The position numbers and the translations under genes are program-made. A DNA stretch of 61,584 nt, the filler included, from Choristocarpus tenellus KU-1152 (Eukaryota; Protista; Phaeophyceae), in NCBI GenBank assembly GCA_964200185.2. It is 10 parts of 10 records of this genome, joined end to end, with 100 filler letters (N's around TTAATTAATTAA, not from the genome) between each part and the next. Parts side by side here need not be neighbours in the genome. Positions count along the whole stretch, not along the records: positions 53,420 to 61,584 come from CAXNAD020005057.1; 9 more parts are not named here. One strand, given 5' to 3'. Positions 53,320-61,584 of the stretch are shown here, one piece after another; position 1 is the stretch's first letter; every line of letters starts with the position of its first letter. Below the pieces are notes generated by a model. It worked only from the letters and a program-made list of their open reading frames with translations, did not search any database and was not told where the DNA came from.

Positions 53320-54469
53320 NNNNNNNNNNNNNNNNNNNNNNNNNNNNNNNNNNNNNNNNNNNNTTAATTAATTAANNNNNNNNNNNNNNNNNNNNNNNNN
53401 NNNNNNNNNNNNNNNNNNNGGGAGCGGGGGGGCTTGGGGGGCCTGTTTCGCAAGGGGGGAGGGGGGGGGGGGGAGGCAAGGGGTTGAAGGTTTGTTTGGG
53501 AAGCAAGGAGGAAAGATGACGTAAGGTGTTGTAAGTGACAGTAAGTGACCATGACAAGGCGAGAAAGTGCAGTCATGTAGTTTAAAAGCACAGTTGACCA
53601 ATCAGTGCTCCTCCTGGGTCCGGTTTTGTCCAATGAGCATTCTTGAATCATGTGTTGTCCTTACTATACTGTACTTTGGGTGAGTTGGAGGTTGGCGCCC
53701 ATCAGAAGACAGGCAGGCAGTACGAATATGCAGGATAGGGCCTACGGATCCCCCCTTACCCTCCCCCCCTCCCCAACCCTCCTGGCTTTCCTGTACTATG
53801 TATCTCCTTTACATTGTATCAACAGTACTATATGATAATGTCATCGTTCTACAGCACTCACCATAAAAAGCAATAATAATGATATTATTATTATTATTAT
53901 TGACCACAACCACAACACTACAGAATAATCCACACACCAATAAGAAAGTGATATTCCAATTTTAAAGTGTTTCCAAACGCCTCCCATGAATGTAGAATGC
54001 AGCGACTCTGGGGCAGGGTTAGGGTTGGGTTTGGGTTGTATGGGATATACTACTACAGAATATTTTGTATTGATTTGAAGAAGAGGCTTTTGTCCAATGC
54101 GGTCTGTCTGTGCTGTTCTTTGTAACTGTCATTGTTTATTTAATTTTAAGTTTTAGTTGATGGTTGTGTTCTTTGGTATTACATCATATACACATATTCC
54201 ATCAATGTGTTCTTGCTGGTGTTCAATGATTCCACTTATTTTCTTCTAGTATAGATTTTTTATTTTATCAGATGGTTAAATTTTCCACAGTAGCAGGGTA
54301 CTAAGGTGCTTGATTTAATGAACCCCCTGTGTAATTAATTCTGTGTTATTCTTATTCATTCATAAGCGGTCCATGACATACGTAAATAGATCTATATACC
54401 TGTATTTTGACCCTGTGTCCTAACTATTGTCATAATTATCAACAAATTAAAAACAAAAAAATGTGACAG

Positions 54470-57400
54470 GTTTGCAGTGAGACGTAGACAACGCCTTCTG
54501 TGTGAAGCAAGGGGACTCATGGTAGGAGATTATCACAATTCTGTGGAGGTGAGTGTAAAGTCTAGCAGTGGCTGCGAGATATAAATAATACTCCACACTA
54601 CTACAAAATCCTCTTCACGATATCAATATATTTATTGATTTCATCCCTCCTTCCCTCCAACTGCAATCCTTCAGTCACATTCCGAGATCAATTCCCGGTT
54701 CAAGTTTTTATATCCCTCTTGCCCTCCAACTGCAGTCCTTCAGTCACATTCCGAGATCAATTCCCGGTTCAAGTTTTTATATCCCTCTTGCCCTCCAACT
54801 GCAGTCCTTCAGTCACATTCCGAGATCAATTCCCGGTTCAAGTTTTTTTTTTCGTCTCGACCAAGGCGGACTGTATTCAGAGTCTGTGTGTGTGTGCAAA
54901 GAATATTTTTTTTGTTCCACTATATTGTGTGGGATCGCAATCGAACAAAAGAACAATAATGCGGACATTTATTGTTCCCTTTTTTAGGTACAAAAAATTG
55001 GGGGGAGGGGGGCGTAAGGGATGGTTGAGTGCGTGCGATTTTTTCGAGTGCAGAAAATGCTTCTGATTTCGCTTCTGATTCCCTCTTCTTTTTTCTAGGC
55101 AAAACTAATCTTGTAGCTTAGGCATTTTTTTACAAAACTGTGTTCTTATGTTGTTGGAGTCTCCTAAAAAATAAATCTTCACTGTGTGTGAAAGAATAAC
55201 TATATTCACTTCAAGTAGCATGATTTCATACAAATATTGTGGTCTTTATTGGAGTCATTATTTTTTATTAGTTCATTTATGACAATAAACACTCTATGCA
55301 TATTTATGATATTCATATGTGCATGCTAAAAGAGAATCCCAACATATGTAGCCCTAACCCCAATCCACAGATAAAAAATATACTACTACTGCTACTACTA
55401 CTGTTCCACTTGTGAAGTGTACTCATTTTCAAGAAACGTGCACTTACAACAGTTGTGTCATAATGCATCCATCACTACTATCCGATCACACCAGTATCTC
55501 CTAGTATTGTACCTTGATCGCCCATGTGTAAAAAGGCTTGATATTTTTATATAATTACAAACTGAGTGGAAGTATCTTAGGGTTAGGGTACGAGTTTTGC
55601 CTTGTTTGTCCGTTTGGGGTATACCCTTTGCCTTGCTTGCCTTCCCACGGGTTTTCTTATGACATTGTTCCTACTCCAAAATGTTTCGGAGTATGTAAAA
55701 TGTGTATGTTATGAAAAGGTGCATACAGAAGAAGGATATTCACACTCCCTAACAACCACGATAGTCAAAATTACATCAAAATCGCAACATTAGATGTTGG
55801 CCCTCAAATGGACGCGGCTCTTCCCTCTAAGGTACTTTGGCTCACTGCAAGAATGTAAGAATGAGCTATATTTACTTGGCAGTACAGTTTACAGCCTCCG
55901 ATCCCCTCAAACATTAATTTTTTGTAACTACTTGGATAAACAATATATTTTGTGTGCATGTACATGTTCACTAATTGAATATATACACATTCATCTATTG
56001 TTGGCAGGTGTCAGAAGCCCTTGAGGAAGGGGGACAAGAAGATATCCTCCATGACAGTGGTGACCTATACCCTCAGAATCTTAGTACTCTCAGTACCACA
56101 GGTATAACCAGAGGAGGGGCAGGGGAGGGGGTGGCGGGGTCACTCTCCATGGAGAAGTGTCCTGTGACCACTGTTGCAAAGGGGCTGATGGAGTTGGTAC
56201 ATAGAACATTGAAGGAGGCGTGCTCAGACCATGTGAGATCATTTGGACAGTTGTACTGTGGGGTAGGGATCGGGAGCAGGGAAATAGTAATTTGGGTTTG
56301 TATTGTATAGGAAGGGATTTTTATTGGGTGGAACTGACAACTGAATGATCCGCCGGCTTTTTGTTGATTGAGGAGTGTGTCGGGTTTGTGTTGAAACATG
56401 CACGTGGGTGTGTGATGAGGAGGGTGTTGTTTTGATTTCTGGTGTTGTGGTGTGTATCAAGAATATATTATATTTTATTATTTATATATATTTATTGTTT
56501 TGTTTTATTTTTAGGAGGTGCTTTTTGTCTGTCGATACTCTGTACCAAACTTCGTATCGCAGTGCTAATAAAAAGAAACATACATACTCTTGTTTTTTAA
56601 TTTTAGGCTATTTGATTTTTTGGCCGTTGCATTGGTTGGCGTGTTTTGAAATTGTGAGAGATTGGAAAGAATATTTATTATTCATTTTTAGAAGTGTGCT
56701 GTTACATCAACAACGCAAACAAACAAACAAAAATCCAAGTAGGTAGGTGCCTCTTTTGATATCGCTCTGTGGCTCACTGCGCTATTACCAATGGAGTGAC
56801 AACGGAGTGAAGTGCCTGTTAACAAGAGATGTGTGTTTTTGTACTGGATAAGAGTAGGTACATTCCAAGCAGCAGAAAGTATTGATTGTTGGTGTTGCAA
56901 TAGCAGGAATTGTATAATGCATGGAAGAATGGGAGACTCTCTCTCTTTCTGGTCTGTGACAGTTTGTCACCGTTTGTCAACGAAGCAGGTGTACCCTCGG
57001 TAATACTATTTTTATTTTTGTGTGAAACAGTATTGAGATTAAAAGCGAAAGAGAGGTACCCAGGTTTTGACTGTTTTTTTTCTTTTTTGGTCCAGTTTTT
57101 TTTTTTAAATCTTTTTTGCAATTCAATTCACCATATTTTTGTTATTTATGTGGATGAAGTGTTATTTTTGTTTTTTTTAGTTGATTTTCTATGTCGTTTG
57201 TTTGAGGAATTAAAAAAAATATGGGCACAACTCAGAAGATTTTCTAGGTGCGTTTGTAGTAATAGAACAATTTTGTGAGTGTTTGTCAACGCCCTTTAAA
57301 GTGCAACTCCGGCTTCCCTCTCGATTGCGTTGACTCCTTTGGGTGTAGCAAAGTTTTGAGCTTGGAAAATAATTTTTCTTGGGTGTGAAGTGAAAACTTC

Positions 57401-57983
57401 CTGCGATTGAATTTTACAAGCAGGGTTTGTGTTTTTTGGATTTGTTTTTGGAACGTGTTGTTTTGGAACGTTTTTCGTATCCATAATAAAGACTTGGTGC
57501 TAAGGAGGAGTATAGGGCAAAGTTTGTTTTTTTTTTGTTACGCTGGTGTGTACTTTGGAGTGCCTAATAATAAAATGTAATTATAAAAAAATGTCGGGCT
57601 CGTTGATTATTTAAAAAAAAAAGAATGTAATTCGGTCATTTGTCAATCAAACTAGAGAGATTTCATGTCCTGTTTTTGTGTAACTTTGCATAATTATGTG
57701 TGTATATGTGTATATGTGTATATGTGTGTATAGTTTGCAGGTAGGGTTAGAGTGTTGGTGTCGAGTGTGCTGTACACTTATTGCTAATAATCTAATGGAT
57801 AAATTGAATCAATTTTTTAATCTGAAGTTGTTGATAATCTAATTGTTGATAGTACCTACCATCTTGTTTATTTTTTTTAATTAAGGAACTTGATGGACTG
57901 TGTCAGGAATAGGGACTGTTGATGCTGTTGTCATTCTTGGCACTGGGTGGAAAGAGTTGCCTTTCTTCCACAACTGACTGCGT

Positions 57984-58014
<31 letters not shown>

Positions 58015-59096
58015 GTTAATATTGTTGTTGATGCTTGTGCTGATGATGTTGTTGATGATGATGGTGATAATGATGTTGTTGGTGTTGTTCATGATGTCTC
58101 TATAATACTCACATTAATACCTCTTGACGAAGCGACATCCTTGCTAATTATCAATAGAATAATTTTTTTGTAAAAGCTAAGAAAGAAAATTACTACAAAT
58201 AGTAGTAATATGCTTAAGGTAATTATGTCTTTTGAGCTAGCTATAACGATATCACCAAATAGTAAACTTGTGAAATTAAACTTACCAGGATGTTAATGTT
58301 GTTGTTGTTGGTGATGATGATGATGATGATGATGTTAATGATGATGATGATGATGGTGATAATGGTGTTGTTGATGTTGTTAATGATGTTAATGTTGGTG
58401 ATGATGATGATGGTGATAATGATGTTGTTCATGATGTTAATGATGTTGTTGGTGATGATGATGATGTTAATGTTGGTGGTGGTGGTGGTGCTGATGATAT
58501 TGCTGTCATACCCCTTGAATGTGTGTCTATTATGACAATGTGTGTGTCTATTATGACAGGTGCCTCTCTTATGTGCAAAGGAACTGTTTCGAACTTCAAG
58601 AGACATGTTAGACCTATTCAGGGCGGTGAGAACACCCAAGACTGATTTCAAGGGTCTATACCAATGTAGTCCATCAAGAACCATATTACATATCATGTAT
58701 TATGTATTATGTATGAACACAGCAATGATGCAAATAATACCATCATGTAGTATTATATCATGGCTGTTAGCATGACACCATAAATGCACAAGGCAGGGAA
58801 GTGACCATGTCCAGGAGGTGGTGTCTGCCATGGTCTCGTTTGATAGAAGCATTGCCTGCACTGTGTTTGCCCTCCCTTGTCCCTTGTCCCTTGTCCCAAA
58901 ATGGTATAACAAGAGTGTGAATCAAGATGCATCTAACCCCAACCCTAAACATAAACACAATCATAATTTTTTTATTATACCTTGTGGATTTGACTTCCAT
59001 TTTTTATAATTCACCTCTAGTGTCTTTTTTATTTTGATGTTTTTCATATTTACTCAGTTCAAGTCTTCATGGCAGTTTTTGCTTTGAGAATTATCC

Positions 59097-59128
<32 letters not shown>

Positions 59129-61584
59129 CTTGGATGCAGATTATACCTTATATTGACAAATCGGAGTTCACTGACATTTTAGGGTATATATCCTGATGCG
59201 TTTCTACCTGACAATCACAAAAGAAGCAACAGTTTGGTGTCCCGTTAGTGTATACATAGCCTTGATCGGGTTTAAAAAAAAATTGATATTGTTCATGTTG
59301 CTGTTCTATTGTTAAATAAAATATTAGTTTGAAGAAAATGGTGTTTTGTCAGTTGATTAATTAATAGGAGTGGGTTGCAATGGTATCGCAACGACATTTG
59401 GGGGTGTACCTTTTCCCTTATGCCTCAAAAGAACTTTATTTAATATGTATATTTGTCTCCTCCTTTTGTTTCAAAAAAATGAAATATTTATATTTTACGT
59501 GAAAAAAGTATTGTAGGTCAAATTGTATGACAAGCCATTGCCCTAGACAACTACGTGGCGCTCTGGAGTGATACCTTTCTAGTTCCAAATGAAAATATCC
59601 ATTTTGGTTCATTGTTCTGCTGAAGTGTTGTGATGTTTTTATCCTTCGTATACACAAAGTTAATATTTATTTGTATATTATATACGAGCATGATGCACAG
59701 CTCTGGAGTGCTTTGGAGTGCTCTGGTGGTCTTAAGATACTGCATTTATTTTCTCACAGCCAGTGACCAGTAAGGGTTATGGTTTGGTTGCGGGTTAGGG
59801 ATTACATTTGTAGTTTGAATGACCCGGCCTTGCTATCTAGGGTTAGGGTTGTCTTGCTATCTACACACCACTGTTACCACTTGCCCTGCTTGATCACTGT
59901 CTGCAGGCCCTCTTGTCCAAAAATCATGTGCATGAATGAACAGTACCCATCCCCAAAGTGGCATGTGACCTCACAGCCCTCCCACCCTCCCATTTACAGA
60001 CCCAGCGAGTAGGACACATTATGTATGTATTATGTATATATTATGTATGTATTATGTATATGTAGTGTCAATCTTCTTCGTATTATGTCTCCATGTTGGA
60101 TATGGAATGGTGCAAAGCAGAACCAATATTAGTAAGAAACCATTACTCTTCTTTTGGATATTTTCTTGAAGCAGGGCTCTGATATCACTGGGATGAATAT
60201 GTTACTACTGCCTCATCAAGAAACACACAAACACCCACATACATACATTACATACATACATAACAAACATACATAACAAACACACATTACATACATACAT
60301 AACAAACATACATACATACATACATTACATGCATACATAACAAACATACATACATACATTACATACATACCAAAAGTGTCTCATGTGCTGACTGTGTACT
60401 GTAATGGAAATAGGTGGTGCCTGCCCAGCATGGTAACACCATTGACAGCGTTCCTCGCATGGGTGCAGTGTTCCACAACGACTGTCTTTTTTTGGCATTC
60501 AATGCCCTAACCCTCGTCAATCGCTACAGGGCAGGACTACCAGCCTACATTCAGCGTACAGCTGTCATGGTTGACATGGCTCCTCTATTCAGAGAGCTTG
60601 GACAGAACAGGCAAGAAGAGGGCTAATTGTATCTATCTGATATGGTATCATCTGATATTGGTACAATCTATCTAACACAGTATAATGAAATATTTGTACT
60701 ATCTATCTAACACAGTGTCCCCTAACCCTAAGTTGCTCTGTACCAACTCTGTGAGACTATTTTTATTTCAAGAACGCCTCCAGGGCTTTTTTTTCGGGAT
60801 GATGCATTGAATGCACAGGTTGCTGTATTGGCTCCATGTGGCTTCTGACTTCTGGCTTGTTGTAATGTTGTCATGGTGTCATGGTTTAGCCCTGTGCCGG
60901 TTCTGATATTTTGGTGCCAAATACCTCTGATGACTGATTTGTTCTCCATCTCTACCTCTCTCTCTTCATTGTACTGCTTGGACTACTACTGCTGTTTCTT
61001 TTTGGCAAACGCCATCCAGGAAGTAGAGTGAAGCTATCCACTATAGGCAAAAAGCTAGGTCCTATTGTCTATACACCTTCTATTTCAACAAAATCAGCTT
61101 AAACACACATACCTAATTTTTTTTGTAAATCTCCCCCTTCATGACACACTCACTTATTCTTGTCACTTTTTTTTATTATTTCTAGTATATGCTCAAAAAT
61201 GCTCCGTTCATACAGTCATTTTCTTATTTATCCCTTTTCTTAAAAAAACTTTTTTTCTAGTTCATTTTCCCTTTTTCAACTGGTGTAGTAAAAACAGTGA
61301 TTTTATACCATTTTATTTTTTTACTCACTTCAAAAAAAAAGAAGAATTTTGCGTACCGTAGCACTGATGATGACATTAGAGTATCCCCATGGATAAACAA
61401 TAGTAATAACAATAACAATAACACTAATAATATCAATTTCTATTTTGCATGCATGTATGAACACAAAAAGCAGCTTGTTGGGACAAGTTAGAAAACAGCG
61501 TCTCCAGCTGGAAGAGTTCTTCAAGGACATCGACATTTCTTCCTCCGAATCCACCAACATAAAATTCAGCGGCAGCATCCCCCC
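54470..61584 (+). CDS. ZW10: ZW10 (kinetochore RZZ / NRZ tethering subunit), internal part
   Basis: Exons 54470-54548 (FAVRRRQRLLCEARGLM), 56008-56232 (KCPVT..AKGLMELVHRTLKEAC), 58560-58625 (CAKELFRTSRDMLDLFRA), 60414-60610 (VVP..H...VPRMGAVFHNDCLFLA...VDMAPLFRELG), 61474-end (LLGQVRKQRLQLEE). The FHNDC motif region is diagnostic. Confidence 0.88.
54641..54848. repeat. Minisatellite, 69-nt unit x3, intronic
   Basis: ATCCCTC.T.CCCTCCAACTGCA.TCCTTCAGTCACATTCCGAGATCAATTCCCGGTTCAAGTTTTT three times. Confidence 0.95.
55564..55843 (+). mobile_element. MITE family A copy, full length, in ZW10 intron
   Basis: TIRs GAGTGGAAGTATCTTAGGGTTAGGG / CCCTCTAAGGTACTTTGGCTC; flanks share ACT. Confidence 0.9.
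58288..58500. repeat. Compound (ATG/TTG/GTG)n trinucleotide tract, intronic
   Basis: Seen directly; a second tract lies at 57980-58095. Confidence 0.9.
60235..60370. repeat. (CATA)n-type microsatellite, intronic
   Basis: Seen directly. Confidence 0.9.

Noticed and set aside
15169-53419. Regularly recurring palindrome TTAATTAATTAA within N runs
   Set aside because: Identical 100-nt artificial spacers with six-frame stops used to concatenate contigs; not biological.
54635-55066. ORF with 23-aa repeats
   Set aside because: Translation of an intronic 69-nt minisatellite inside ZW10.
57919-58696. Poly-Met, poly-Ile/Asn and poly-Asp ORFs
   Set aside because: Trinucleotide microsatellites in a ZW10 intron; only 58560-58625 is exonic.
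60504-60514. CCCTAACCCT telomere-like motif
   Set aside because: Falls in ZW10 coding sequence (ALTL); excluded from the interstitial telomere count.

Overview
Eukaryotic, intron-rich nuclear DNA of moderate AT-richness. It is probably a photosynthetic stramenopile such as a brown alga or relative; this is inferred from TTAGGG-type repeats, a bipartite plastid-like presequence and the gene repertoire. The window is not one locus. It is 10 contigs joined by artificial 100-nt N44-TTAATTAATTAA-N44 spacers, so adjacency across spacers means nothing. Spliced gene models I reconstructed by hand: a complete MATE/DinF-type transporter, a partial exostosin/GT47 glycosyltransferase, a deviant Arf-family GTPase, a secreted reprolysin-like (HExxHxxGxxH) metallopeptidase ending in three knottin-like modules, a partial Siw14/PFA-DSP phosphatase and a partial ZW10. 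There is also an intronless microbial-type expansin (EXLX-like). Mobile DNA comprises a decayed PIF/Harbinger element, two related MITE families and other dispersed relics and minisatellites. The most notable signals are: (1) pervasive 2-3 unit interstitial TTAGGG tracts, including two MITE copies whose TIRs carry the same GGTT insertion, as expected from telomerase-type addition at internal breaks; (2) an intron gain by tandem duplication in the MATE gene; (3) a metzincin fused to a triple cystine-knot, partly polybasic tail; (4) an Arf with a rewritten G3/switch II motif; (5) frequent GC donors and AAG acceptors.
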